A stretch of DNA of 64,000 nt from Antedon mediterranea (GCF_964355755.1 NC_092675.1:11527812-11591811); one strand, 5' to 3'. Positions 52,101 to 64,000 are shown, counted from the first letter of the stretch. Notes: generated by a model from the sequence alone, not told the origin. Translations and numbers: made by a program.

Positions 52101-52826
52101 CAATTGGTGCATTCTATTCCAAAGCCAAACTTTGTCAAACTTCCCAAACCTGAATGGATCACACTTGGTCATCTCAATGTTCACTACTTCTTAGAGAAAT
52201 TATGTGACTTAAACAGCCACCATGAAACTGAACTTCTGGCAAAGACAGACGTCATGTGCTTTACCGAGACCTATTTGAAAAAGGAGCACAACATCGATCA
52301 ATTTTTAATGATGCATAACTATATAGCGTTCAGAGAAGATGTGCCAGATGAACAAAACCACGCCGGCAGACATGGTGTTATGATATGTGCGTCACCACAC
52401 TTAAGACCATTGGAGCTTCCTTTGATCTCAGTAACTGGACTAGAATCAAAAGTAGTTGTTCTCACGACAACAACATCTCGACTAATCGTTTCCGTTATAT
52501 ATAGAAAACCTTCACAATCAACAAAAGATTTCTTGCATTTACTAGACTCACTGCTTGCCCTGATGCCCTTGAATATTCCAACAATTGTACTTGGTGATTT
52601 CAATGATAATTTACTCAATGAGAAACAGTCCTCATTAACAGATTTCATGGAGAGGAATGGCTTTAAGCAGTATGTGTGCAGAGCGACAACTGATGGCGGA
52701 TCTTTGTTGGATCATATTTACTTTAACAGACATGATATTAATTTGAATGGTACTGTTCAGATTCATGTGCATGATGTGTATTACTCAGACCATGACGCAG
52801 TATTCTTATCAACAAACTGTTTATGA
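49113..52826 (+). CDS. Helentron RepHel C-terminal half: Rep motif 3, Pif1-family helicase, EEP/AP endonuclease
   Basis: YACVMYVAAYMAK; GPGGAGKT, IIDEVSM, GDLYQLPPV, TIHKCQG, YVAFSRV; then HLNV, FTETYL, GDFN, LDHIY, SDHDAV. In the -1 frame relative to the upstream ORF, so a continuation rather than an independent start. Confidence 0.95.
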   Translation: MGKISPKLGLNSDEEICQFIDKYVTCDASDEDNSFTNLVQRVQTHSHSSYCRKKGSCRFNFPQAPSMQTVVAREPVDDENVAEIQYESKEVLKSVHDVLTDTETPNDISMGELLFKADVEEDKYMNSLKVSQKGNHIVLKRVPREVFVNAYNPTILKAWQANMDIQFIVDAYACVMYVAAYMAKGEKGIGELIKQACREYKDKDIKGMLRRVGSVFLNHREVSAQEAVYRILSMPLKKFSRKVLFVNTDDKSERASVLKPMKELEGKNDTDVDIFQKNIIDRYVSRPDTLSDLCLAEFAANYSVTSVEKDEADDSVPFVLDNNEGIVQNTSRDRLPKRIKLKDGNGMMFRRKFEAVIRFRKFNSEKDSMNFYRAKLMLYLPWRDEETDLIGNYPDFESHYHAVCRRVSDKEAKFTENLDLIDQAIHENAVYGPPEHAWANVAPGTEHANLQDVNEGVEIERHIDQEDLDANAAMLEEPRCGPTSDLIARYQIETDRELLSPSDYRKMVRGLNEKQQQIVFYHRNWCKHTVIAIKNKQKVIPYRIFLSGPGGAGKTHVIRLIHSDTRKLLSLSRIIKPNDVTVLLTAPTGVAAFNVGGMTVHSALLLRVKKYGQGGEPLTFEKLNTLRSKLENLQLVIIDEVSMIGSDLLLNIHKRLDEIKGQSGDDILFGNVCILAVGDLYQLPPVKQSPIYAPVHDRMERLNGSLWKDHFQLHELDKVMRQKDDQAFAEMLCRIRVGKQTDDDIEMLKSRVISAEDENYPEDALHVYALNRDVDERNERKLECLAPLEEQRTRIFASDDKCDSTGLVNLENIASSKKRSETAGLHTVLILTEGARVMLTYNVDTADGLVNGVIGTVTSVVKNDKGKVLTVLVCFDNEQVGLKARSTSQWKDIYPLAVPIKRHEGKFDKGGKKGAQIARRQFPLTLAWAVTIHKCQGLTVDQIVVSMKNSRRFGQGQAYVAFSRVRSLNGLFITDFDETGIRTSQKIETEMNEMRDQLVHSIPKPNFVKLPKPEWITLGHLNVHYFLEKLCDLNSHHETELLAKTDVMCFTETYLKKEHNIDQFLMMHNYIAFREDVPDEQNHAGRHGVMICASPHLRPLELPLISVTGLESKVVVLTTTTSRLIVSVIYRKPSQSTKDFLHLLDSLLALMPLNIPTIVLGDFNDNLLNEKQSSLTDFMERNGFKQYVCRATTDGGSLLDHIYFNRHDINLNGTVQIHVHDVYYSDHDAVFLSTNCL

Positions 52827-53206
52827 AGAGACATTTGATCTGATATGTAATATAATATAATAATAATACAGAATAATATCCGCCAAGTCACATGCTATGA
52901 TATGCACTTGATTTGAGGTAGATATTTGAAATAAAACCGAAGTGTTTTCGAATTATGTGTTTTGACCTTATTGTATTGTAGTAATGTGGAGTCATTCGAA
53001 TCAAAAGCGTGTGTAAGCGATTTTGGTGTAAAGGTAAATCACAATTGGCCTCCTAAACAAACTTGACCTTGACCGATTTTAACCCGATCAAAGTTCAGTA
53101 TATGTCATAAACCTCCCATGTAACATGAAAATAGAGACATAATTTCTCTAGATTTAATTATAAATCAGCCGTATAATTTATATACTAAGAAATATACTTG
53201 AACAAT

Positions 53207-53305
53207 AAAAAAAAATCTGATTTCGTTTCATTTCCCAAGGTGAGACTCGATCTCGGTAACTTAAATGCTGTAGACACCAGCACAGACCACCGAGCCATAC
53301 ACAAC
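53207..53305 (-). ncRNA. tRNA-derived Pol III-like unit, copy 2
   Basis: Minus strand TGGCTCGGTGG (53287-53297), GATCGAGTC (53244-53252), T9 run (53207-53215). Confidence 0.45.
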
Positions 53306-54266
53306 TGACTAACATTTGAAGAAAGATTCCTATGTGTATTTAGCATTGTGAGCGATAGAGCGATGACAAACACACACACACAAACCGAACAATAGAACAG
53401 CAACGCGAAAAACACACTGGTGAATTTGAAGAGAAATAGGTTTTGTAAACTACTCGCATCAAAAAACCTGTATATTAAATCTAATTATGTTTTAAAATTA
53501 CAAGTCACCAATTATAACTCTTGCCTCTTGTACAAAAATGAAGTTTTTTGGAGAAGTAGTTCTCGAGAAAATGCAATTTTAGTTTACTTGTAAATTTAAG
53601 ACTGCTCACCGGCTTTTTATAATTCTGTCCTATCTTTTAACACTAGCAGGTCTGAAAGTAATTTTTTTAAATAGTCCAGAATTGGGACCGTGGTCCGGAT
53701 TTTAACCAAAATTGGGTAGTGTCGTCCTTGCACCAGGTGACATGTATGGTAGAAATTTGGAGTCATTCGAACCAAAACTGTGAGCGCTAGAGTGATGACA
53801 AACAAACAAACAAACAAACACACACACAAACCGCACCAATCAACATACTTGGCCAATTTTCAATTTGGCCAAGTAACAAACAAACACACACACAAACCGC
53901 ACCAATCAACATACTTGGCCAATTTTCAATTTGGCCAAGTAAAAATGATGTGGGTCCCGTAATTTCACCTATGCTACACTGTAGATATACAGTATATACT
54001 GTATGACATATAGGCAAGTTCAAGTTAAAATTAACGTTCCACTACTCAGAAGTGTATCAGGTCATAAGATGGCACACATCAACATTTTGCATTCATATTT
54101 TAATATAATTTTAAAAATAAAATGTCATTAAAATTATCTTTTATCAAAATAATCACCTATAATTCGTCAAAGTGACGAATTAAATTCTAGTTTCAATTAG
54201 AAATTATACAGACAGCATTTTCCATATCAAACTTAAATAAACAGTAAAAAGTAAATTTATAATTAC

Positions 54267-54398
54267 TATGCCATCTATTTTCTTTTCAGCAAAGTAAAGA
54301 TGAGTTAAACGTTTAAGGTAGTGGTTTAGAGATTCATCACGCTTCTTTCTGGCGTTACTCGATGCTTTGGCAATCAGGTCAATGGTCAACTTGCCCAT
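54267..54398 (-). CDS. PPP1R42: PPP1R42 (LRRC67) coding exon 1
   Basis: MGKLTIDLIAK...ESLNHYLKRLTHLYFAEKKIDGI resembles the PPP1R42 N-terminus (MVRLTLDLIAR...). gtaatt donor phase 0; a likely acceptor at 54425 implies an upstream non-coding exon. Six exons sum to 1050 nt. Confidence 0.9.
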
Positions 54399-55148
54399 CT
54401 TCAATCCTTACTTCACATTACATTCTAAAAATACAACAATTATTTTAAAGATGATATGAAAGGGTTTCAGAATTTTAAAAACACAGCAAAAATTAGATTC
54501 AAATACCTAGAGTAGTAGAACTTATTTATATACTAAATAAATAAATGAAATTTTAGTATAAAACCTCCGTAAAAAAATGGCCGACCAAATGACCCCTCAT
54601 CTTGATTTTTATGAACGTTCGATACGCACATACTGTCAAGTTTACGCCAGTATTCTTAAAACCGGACTCGTAGTTCGAGCTAAAACTTATTTCATAAACC
54701 GAACTTCAACTAAATCGGCAGCTAAATCAGGCTAACCTCGACTAAATCGAGACCGATTTTGATTGGTTTTTTTAGTCCTCGAGGGGGCAGGCTAAATCGC
54801 TGACTAAATGGTATTTAAACAAGGTTTATAAAAAATGTAACAGATATTGAAGAATGACACCCGGCATTGTATCCACGGCAGCAGCCGTTATGCAATTGGT
54901 TAATAAATTTCAATACAATACAGGCATCACTGAATGGAAAAAACATAACATCATCATCATGTACACACAACGACGTCACGCTAGTGTAGAAAATACAGTA
55001 CACTCGGATTCTGAGTTTGTTGTCAAACCATTCCAAATTTCCAAATATTTTACGAAATTACAACAAAGTTATAGTAGGCCTATAATAATAGTTGCTTGTA
55101 AATTAGCTAGGCCCAGACTGTTTAATTCGACGTAGGCCAGGCTACTAC

Positions 55149-55615
55149 ACAGTGGTGGCGTCAGGATCTTTCCAATGCTGGGGATAAATTCCGCGACAGG
55201 GGGGCTATGCAAGTATCACTAGGCTGGGGGCCAGGGGGGAACTTATACAGGTCCCTATTGATAAATGAAACGAAATTATAAGTCTACAGGACCATCCCGC
55301 CATACAGTAGATGGTTAGGTGGAGCTGAGAAAATTGTGAAAAATAGAGCTGCTAGGTACCTGCAAAAATGCAGTTTACATCAAAATATGAAACAAAATTA
55401 CAGGTCTACAGGACCAGCCCACCATGGTTGTGGTGGAGCTAAGAACATTTTGAAAAATAGAGTTATTAGGTCCCGGAAATTGAACTTATTATACTTCAAA
55501 ACATAAAAGTTCGAAACATACAAGTCACAAGAACCATCCCTATACCATGGTTGGGACTGAACTAAAAAAAAATTGGGAAATAGAGCTCTTCTTAAGTCCC
55601 CAGACAATGCACTGA
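55149..55615. repeat. Unclassified repeat with three diverged subunits of about 120 bp
   Basis: Recurrent AGTCTACAGGACCA...GGAGCT...AAAATAGAG blocks; starts CAGTGGTGGCGTCAGG; no convincing TSD. Confidence 0.35.
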
Positions 55616-56067
55616 CTGTATTATATGTAACAAAATGTATAAATATCCATGACTAGCTCTATAGTTGGGGCTGAGCTTAAACATTTCCTTTGCATTATGG
55701 ATGGAGTAACAGATATTGAACACATACCAAGTTTTAAATATTTTAGAATTCCAGAAGTGTTTTTTATTTATCAATGTTTTTGTATGTGACTATTTCGCTG
55801 TGCTCCACTGGTACCAAATTGGATCAATGGAGCACAGTGTATTAACCAACATTATATTAACATTTCTTTTGAATTAAAAAAAAGGACTTTTCGAATTCAA
55901 AAATATTTCTTGGTATATGTTTAATTTAAGTTGCTCAATGTACAGAAAAAATGCAATTCCTAACCTAACTTTTTTTTGCGCGTCAAAATCATTATTAGAG
56001 TTTTGAAAAAATATGTCGGAATTTTATGTTCTTTCATAAGTATTCTTAGACAAACACAAGTTATTAA

Positions 56068-59000
56068 CTAGAATTTAATTCGTCACTTTGACGAATTATA
56101 GGTGATCATTTTTATCATTTTAATAAAATTAACATTTTTTAAACATGCATGTACGTTAACATACGATCGTTAAAAGTTGATGTACGCCATCCTATGACAT
56201 GATGCATATACACTTATAGTGCTGAGTTCTACCAATTATGTGCCATACAATATGTACAGTATATACTGTATATCTATATACAGTGTAGCATAGGTGAAAT
56301 TACGGGACTCATATCGTGTTCTAATTTATTGGTATGATGGAATTTTCAAAATAAACTCGAAGATGACAATTTCGAAAGATAATGAATTGAGCAAATAAAT
56401 ATAAGGATTGGAAGAAAATTTGACACGTAGAAGCGCAATGCGCGGTCTTTGAAATTTGTATAACTTTGACTAAAGAAATTTAAAAACTACTTTTTAACTT
56501 CAACTGGCCATATGATAACATCACAACATCCGATAGGCTTAATTTTAATATGAATTCATATCTACATTTCATCAGCTTTCATAATAAGTTATAATCTTCA
56601 AGGTCACCTTTAATTCTGAAGAGCTATAAGATATTCAAATGTATGGTGTAGCTGAAATTACACGACCTAGGTTATTCAACTTTTTACGCGTGATGACGTC
56701 ATCAAAATAAAAATGTTGACAACTCATTACAAGAATAATTAATTGAGCAAGCACCTACTAAAAGTTGTGCGAAAATCGGGCTCAAATAACAGAGATGCGC
56801 TCTATTGAATGTGATAACCCACACAAAAAGATAAAAATTCCTAATTTTAAAATTCAAGTGGCCATTTGATGACGTCATACCATTTTGTACGTCTAATGTG
56901 TATATACATTTGTATCTACAACTTATTGGCTTCCATAATAAGTTAAAAAAATTGGGGGTCATCTGCCATTCTGAAGAGTTATATTCATTTTAAAAAGTCC
57001 TTATTTTTTACCATTTTTAGCACTTTTGTACAATTAGTGTGCGCATTTTGTCATTTTTAACGTGCTCGTATAGCGTTATTTTAAGTCGGAATGGACTCAA
57101 AATTGGTGAATGTACTAAGGATTGTGAGTAGAATGTGATTTATACAACAAATTTTTTTTTTTACGCATTTTAAGAATCGTGCGCACAAAAACGCATTTTT
57201 GCGCAGTAATTTTTGGAAACGCGCAAATGGCCTAATTCATGCTCTAAATTGATCAAAACCTAATTTTGCGCGTTTTAAATTTTTAACGCGCGATTTCACG
57301 TGCATGACCTTGAAACGCGCAACTTTTTATTTGCTAATATTTTTACCCTTGACCTGAAGTTTACCTGTAGTGAATTTCATTAATATGTCATAATGAATTA
57401 TGGAGATATGATTGATAATGTGATTTCACAAAATGGCGTATAAATGACGTCATGGATTAGTGATCACGCTGGAAAGCTGATTAGGATTAAGTTATATTAT
57501 TTGAAAGATATTCTGAAATTTTGGTAATCATTGACATTAAACTTTTTGAGATAATTGTTACACAAAATAGTGTACAGAAACAATAAAAAGAAAAAAAATA
57601 ACTAGACATGTAACTCGTCACTTTGACGAGTTTGGTTATCCGCCGCGCAAGTGGTGCAACATTAACATTAAGGGGATAGGTTGAGGACAAAAGGAAGTGT
57701 TCACGTTGGCATTATGACCTGAACTGAAGAATATGATATGTTGTTATTGCTGAATTTTATTATTTAAATTCATATATAGTATATATAGTATACACAGTAT
57801 AATCTGTATCCATATCACATACAGTGTAGAATAGGTGAAATTACGGGACCCGCTATTTATTGCAATTTTTAACATGTTGACGGTTTTAAAATGAAACGCG
57901 AAGGTAGCAATTCCGAAAGGAAATTATCTCACCAACAACGTATTAGCGTGTAGAAGAAATTTGAATACGTGAAATATTGATGCGCGCTCTTTTAAATGTA
58001 ATGAATTATGACGCAAAAGATGAAAATACGACCTTTTTTATTTAACTGGCCATATGATGACGTCACAACATCCGATTGGCAACATTTTTACATAATTTTG
58101 TATCTACAATCCAATAGCTTCCAGAAAAAGTTTTAATCGTGATTATCACATTTTATTCTTACGAGCTATAACAGATTAAAATTTACTGTAAAGATGAAAT
58201 TAATGCCACTCGTGATTTAAATTTTTAGGCATGATGACGTCAAAAAAATTAAAATATTTTTAACTCATGCGAAAGATACTTGATTGACCTAGACAATATT
58301 AAAATCGGGGTGAAAATGGAAAACGGATAAGTGGAGATGCGCTCTATTCAATGTGATGAGCTATGACGAAAGATACAAAAATCCTAAATTTTATATTCGC
58401 GTGGCCATACGATGACGTCACAATGTCCGGTTAGCTATATTAATACCTGATCCGACATCTACAACTCATCTACTTCTAGAATATGTCATCCACAAAAATT
58501 TGACCTTCTAGTTTAGAAAGTACGACTGTTTAAAAAAAGGCATATTTTAAACGAATTGTTTAACCTTTTCATAAAAAACGCGCGCAAATTGTCCAATTCG
58601 ACGTGCTCGTATGACGTATCTTTAAGTCGAAATTGTTTAAAATTTGGTAAAATTACTAGAAAAGGCTGGAAAAACATAAATCACGCGAAAAAAATACGTT
58701 TTCAATGCTACGTGCGCACCGCACACGTAAAAATGTGCGCACGCGTGGGAATTTTTGACATGCTTAAAACGACATGAAACGCGTAGAAAGTTGATTATAA
58801 ATTAATTTTGCGCATTTTGAAATTTTAAATGCGCGTGCGCGCGTAACTTTGTGTAAAACACGCAATTTTTTTTCAACAGAAAGTTAGCGGATGATATAAA
58901 TTAAACTTTTGCAAAGTTTCACTTTAAAATGTTATTTGGTTTTCGACATATGTTAAATACAAGAAAATCGTTAAATCGCGCGTACGTCACGTTGCGCAAT

Positions 59001-62000
59001 TGTAAACATCATGAAAAGCTTCGCTTGACGACGTTACATAAATGTCAAAATGTTAACCAGTGGGAAAGCCACTTCGCGTTTTGACCGTTAAATCGTGTAA
59101 AATCGACTTACTTCCGCATTGACGATTTTGAAGCGCCACCTATCGTTGAAAACTGAAACCACGATTTTTCGTCGCCTGGCAAATAAGTGCTGTTTTATTT
59201 TAAGCTCGCATGAATATTTAAGACCCGCCCAACATTACCTATTATGGTAAAAGCATTTCCTAATAAGTATTATTGAATAACCAATCGGTTTCCTTCAAAG
59301 AAACCGAAGCTAATACAATACATTCGGCGACTGAAGTCGGGACTCGTGAAATTTATAAATGTGGTACGATTTGACTACTGTTTTGTTGTCCATTTTCTGA
59401 ATAGTCGGAGGTGCATCCCAACAAATTAAAAACATTATAATCAATTGTTTTATCAAGAATAATATTAGTTTAATCGAGTATGATATATTTCTATCCTGTT
59501 CAAAATGTGTTGGTGTATTCTCAGGCCTCGAAAGGTAGGTACATTTTCTAGCTGTGAGCGTGGTTTCGGCAACGCGAGACACGTGTGTCAGTATAGGCGA
59601 TAGCGAGACGTGTGTTGTACTGTGTTGATGCTGATCCGATAGTCGTTAAGTTGTACTGATTACGAGTATCATTGGTCCTGGCCGGCCTAGCCTGGTGATC
59701 TGATCCCCCCCAAAAAAATATTTATTTTCAATCAGTATTAATATTATTATTTTATTTTTATTATTGATTTATTAGGCTCAATAGATGCCTAGCAGGCTAC
59801 TACTAGTACTAGGCCTAGTAGGCCTAGATTATATAAATAATAATAGTAAATACTGTAATTTAATTAATAAAATACAGCTTCCATTTGCCTTACTTTTATG
59901 TCATCATATAATATTATAATTATATATACAACCAGACATTAACATTTTTTTAAATAATATTTATTATTTTTTCTGACACTTTCAGGAATCGTTGATGATG
60001 CAGAGTTCTTTGTCTTTGTGACTTCAAACTGAGAGTGAAGTTGATAAAAAAGATGACACCGGTACCTACCGACATTGTCATACCCAAACTATAATTTAAT
60101 TATTTAAAACAAAATGTTGAATTACAAATATATGTGTTGCAGAGGATTTAGATGAATTACAATACAAATATTTATGTTGAATGCAAACCTACTACACTAT
60201 ACTCTGTAAATTATGTTATTGTCATGTGGTAGACCTTAAAAATTGAATATTTATTGTATGTTAGGCCTATTTTATATTTTATTAATACTGTATTAGTTTA
60301 ATATTACTACTGTAGTATTATTATAATTTATATTATCATGGAGTAACTTTACTCCATGATATCATAGGCCTACAGTACTAGTTTGTACATGTTTTTACCC
60401 AAAAAAAATGAATAAATAATTTGTTATTCAATCTAATTGCTTGTTTGTTCATCAATAACAAAACAATTGTAAGCAAGTATATAACAGTTCTTGTTAGCCG
60501 CTTATTTCAGGTCATATTATTAATATTAGCTAGGCCCGACGCGCCCGATCACAACGTCACTAAGTGACTTTCCGCCCCTGGAACAATCGGTCGCTAATAG
60601 GGCTAGGCCTCGGACTCGTATAAAAGCTATTATAATAGTTATGATAAATATTCCTCAACTAAAATGTATACTGTGATAAATAAACAAGTAATAATATACG
60701 TTGTATTGGAATGTATTTATTTATATGAATTCTTATATGTGGACAATTATAAACATCGCGTATATCGTTCGATATAAATAAATTCATAAACACGATGACG
60801 ATGTGTTTACAAAATGGCGGTTTCGCTAGTTTTCGATGGAACAAATAGTGGTACCTTTAGTTTGAATAGTCGGAGCTGCATCCCAACCACCGAATTTTGT
60901 ATCTTAATATCGTATTCTGTAGATTATTAATTTTTCTAACAGGGATTTTAAATTCAGGACTGTTCAATTTTTCTAAATATTTTATTTTAATGATTTTCTA
61001 GGGTACAATTTCGAAAAAAAGACATTGGTTGATTTTGCCGTTAAATTACAGATTATCGTTTTGTTCAAATACATTTAATTTTACATGACAATATATTAAA
61101 ACCATTTATGAATTTATTTCACTAACAATATTTTTCCGATAATCAGCTAAATTTACAAATATTGTGTTTTTCAAACACCCTAAAATTTAGCAATTTTGAA
61201 CTAAATTAGAAAAGTAGGGCGCCCTCTCCGAGTCGAAATTTGACACGATTTGTCGACTGGCTGTCCCACTGTAACATAGTTAACAAAATGTTATGTTTGC
61301 AAGTTTTAGAGAAAAGCGTTACACAAAAATCATACAGAAAGAAAGAAGAAAAATAAAAAGTTGATGTTGATGATTTCGTACAATCACAAGAGGTTATCCT
61401 GCAACTTCGTTGCGGATAACCAACTAGACATGAAACTCGTCACTTTGACGAGTTAGTTATCCGCACGACAAACGCCACGTCCACGCCATACGTTGGAATA
61501 TTGCACACGGAAAAAGATTATGGAATTATGACCTGAACTGAAGACTATGATATGTTGTTATTGCTGAATTCTATTATTTTGATTCATATATAGTATACAC
61601 AGTGTAATCTGTATACATATCACATACAGTGTAGAATAGGGGAAATTACGGGACCCGCTATTTATTGCAATTTTTAACATGTTGACGGTTTTAAAATGAA
61701 ACGCGAAGGTAGCAATTCCGAAAGGAAATTATCTCAGCAACAACGTATTAGCGTGTAGAAGAAATTTGAATACGTGAAATATTGATGCGCGCTCTTTTAA
61801 ATGTAATGAATTATGACGCAAAAGATGAAAATACGACCTTTTTTATTTAACTGGCCATATGATGACGTCACAACATCCGATTGGCAACATTTTTACATAA
61901 TTTCGTATCTACAATCCAATAGCTTCCAGAAAAAGTTTTAATCGTGATTATCACATTTTATTTTTACGAGCTATAACAGATTAAAATTTACTGTAAAGAT

Positions 62001-64000
62001 GAAATTGATGCCACACGTGATTTAAATTTTTAGGCATGATGACGTCAAAAAAATTAAAATATTTTTAACTCATGCGAAAGATAGTTGATTGACCTAGACA
62101 ATATCAAAATCGGGGTGAAAATGGAAAACGGATAAGTGGAGATGCGCTCTATTCAATGTGATGAGCTATGACGAAAGATACAAAAATCCTAAATTTTATA
62201 TTCGCGTGGCCATACGATGACATCACAATGTCCGGTTAGCCATATTAATACCTGATCCGATATCTACAACTCATCTACTTCTAGAATATGTCATCCACAA
62301 AAATTTGACCGTCTAGTTTAGAAATTACGACTGTTTAAAAAAAGGCATATTTTAAACGAATTTTTTAACCTTTTCATAAAAAACGCGCGCAAATTGTCCA
62401 ATTCGACATGCTCTTATGACGTATCTTTAAGTCGAAATTGTTTAAAATTTGGTAAAATTACTAGAAAAGGCTGGAAAAACATAAATCACGCGAAAAAAAT
62501 ACGTTTTCAATGCTACGTGCGCACCGCACACGTAAAAATGTGCGCATGCGTGGGAATTTTTGACATGCTTAAAACAACATGAAACGCGTAGAAAGTTGAT
62601 CAGAAATTAATTTTGCGCATTTTGAAATTTTAAATGCGCGTGCTAGCGTAACTTTGTGTAAAACACGGAATTTTTTTTCAACAGAAAGTTAGCGCATGAT
62701 ATAAATTAAACTTTTGCAAAGTTTCAAGTTGAAATGTTATTTGGTTGTCGAGCTATGTTAAATACGACAAAATCGTTAAATCGCGCGTAAATCACGTTGC
62801 GCAATTGTAAACGTCATGAAAAGCTTCGCTTGACGACGTTACGTAAATGTCAATATGTTAAGATAGTTACCGAAATGTTATGTTTGCGAGTTTCAGAGAA
62901 AAGCGTTACACAAAAATCATACAGAATGATTTCGTACAATCACAAGAGGTTATCCTGCAACTTCGTTGCGGATAACCAATAACAATAACAACTAGAATTT
63001 AATTCGTCACTTTGACGAATTATAGGTGATCATTTTCATAATTTTATTGACATTAATATTTTTTAAACATGCACGTATGTTAACATACAATCGGAAAATG
63101 TTGATGTATGCCACCCTATTATACGCTATAGGGCTGAATTGTGCCTATTATATGCCATATACATTATGTACAGTATATACTGTATATCTATATACAGTGT
63201 AGCATTGGTGAAATTAAGGACACACAACATGTTCTAATTTTTTGGCACTGATGACATTATCAAAATAAAGTTGTGGATAACAATATCGAAAGATAATGAA
63301 TTGAGCAATAAAATATAACAATTGGAAGAAAATGTGGCACGTAGAAGTGCGGTGCGCGCTCTTTAAAATGTATATAACTTTGACGAAAGAGATGAAAAAA
63401 TTGCTTTTTAACTTCAACTGGCCATATGATAACGTCACAAGATTCGTTAGGCTTAATTTTTATATAAATTTATATCTAAATTTAACCAGCTCTCATAATA
63501 AGTTATAATCATCAAGGTCAACTTTAATTCAGAAGAGCTGTAAGGTATTCAAATATACGTTGTAGGTGAAATTACGTAACCACCGTTATTCAAATTTTAA
63601 GATGTGATGACATCATCAAAATGAAAATTTTGGCAACTCATGAGTAACATAATTGGTTGAGGTAGAATATATTAGAAATTAAAAGAAAATCGATCACAGA
63701 TAAGCGAGTTGCGCTCTGTTGAATATGGTGGTCTATGACAAAAAGGGAAAAAACCTTGTTATAAAAATTCATGTGGCCAAATGATGACGTCTTACCATTT
63801 TGTACGTCTAATGTGTATATACATTTATATCTACAACTCATTGGCTTCCATAATAAGTTAAAAAAATTGGGGGTCACCTTCCATTCTGAAGAGTTATATT
63901 TATTTTTAAAAGGCCTTATTTTTTACCATTTTTAGCACTTTTGTACAATTAATGTGCGCATTTTGTCATTTTTAACGTGCTCGTATAGCACTATTTTAAG
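56068..64000 (-). mobile_element. Second nested stack of non-autonomous Helentron-type elements
   Basis: Reverse-complement tails at 56068 (A), 57602, 61424 (B), 62992 (A); type C heads ending 61423 and 62979. The type A heads are not in the window and presumably lie to the right. Confidence 0.87.
59058..61271. mobile_element. Non-coding TIR element with 4-bp TSD, superfamily unassigned
   Basis: TIRs CAGTGGGAAAGCCA / TGGCTGTCCCACTG; TAAC on both sides; host element resumes exactly (compare uninterrupted copy near 62853-62870). Confidence 0.75.

Larger units (their letters stand above)
45095..53876. mobile_element. Autonomous-type endonuclease-encoding Helentron (Helitron2/HLE2)
   Basis: Palindromic subTIR TACTTGGCCAA..TTGGCCAAGTA at 53846-53875; matching subTIR, TCGCGC-TAT-GCGCGA hairpin and CTAG at the 45095 end; no TSD; RepHel-EN ORFs inside. 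Confidence 0.92.
43346..54190 (+). mobile_element. Type A element split by the 9.5-kb Helentron composite
   Basis: Half head at 43346; body breaks at about 44465 and resumes at about 53943 (ATGATGTGGGTCCCGTAATT); tail CTAG ends 54190. Confidence 0.85.

Noticed and set aside
46180-52648. Antisense and alternate-frame ORFs overlapping RepHel
   Set aside because: Shadows of a long coding sequence and its 69-bp repeat; no recognisable motifs.
54869-54882. Possible RFX X-box (GTATCCACGGCAGC) upstream of PPP1R42, near a CRE-like GACGTCA
   Set aside because: The second half-site lacks AAC and the transcription start is unknown; plausible for a ciliary gene but too weak to call.

Overview
AT-rich, intron-containing animal genomic DNA (probably a marine invertebrate; taxon is inference). 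Two cilia/centrosome genes converge tail-to-tail: the 3' exons of AHI1/jouberin (+ strand, SH3 exon 10819-11047, stop 36048) and a complete six-exon PPP1R42/LRRC67 CDS (- strand, 54398 to 39368, 349 aa). Most remaining sequence is rolling-circle transposon DNA. One near-intact endonuclease-encoding Helentron (STPR-like repeats, OTU, HUH Rep, Pif1 helicase, EEP endonuclease; one frameshift) lies at 45095-53876. About 20 non-autonomous Helentron-type elements of three related end types (A, B, C) are also present. The most striking structure is a 20.6-kb Russian-doll stack in the AHI1 intron (11150-31800): twelve 5' ends and their bodies/3' ends pair in last-in-first-out order, indicating repeated insertion into T tracts just inside the 5' end of related elements. 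Also present: a 68-bp minisatellite built from a PPP1R42 exon end plus its splice donor, tRNA-like Pol III boxes flanking the RepHel gene, an inverted Academ pair, Harbinger, Kolobok-like, Tc1/mariner-like, canonical Helitron, Penelope-like and LINE remnants. All calls were made by eye without database searches; element boundaries are good to a few bases where termini are quoted and approximate otherwise.
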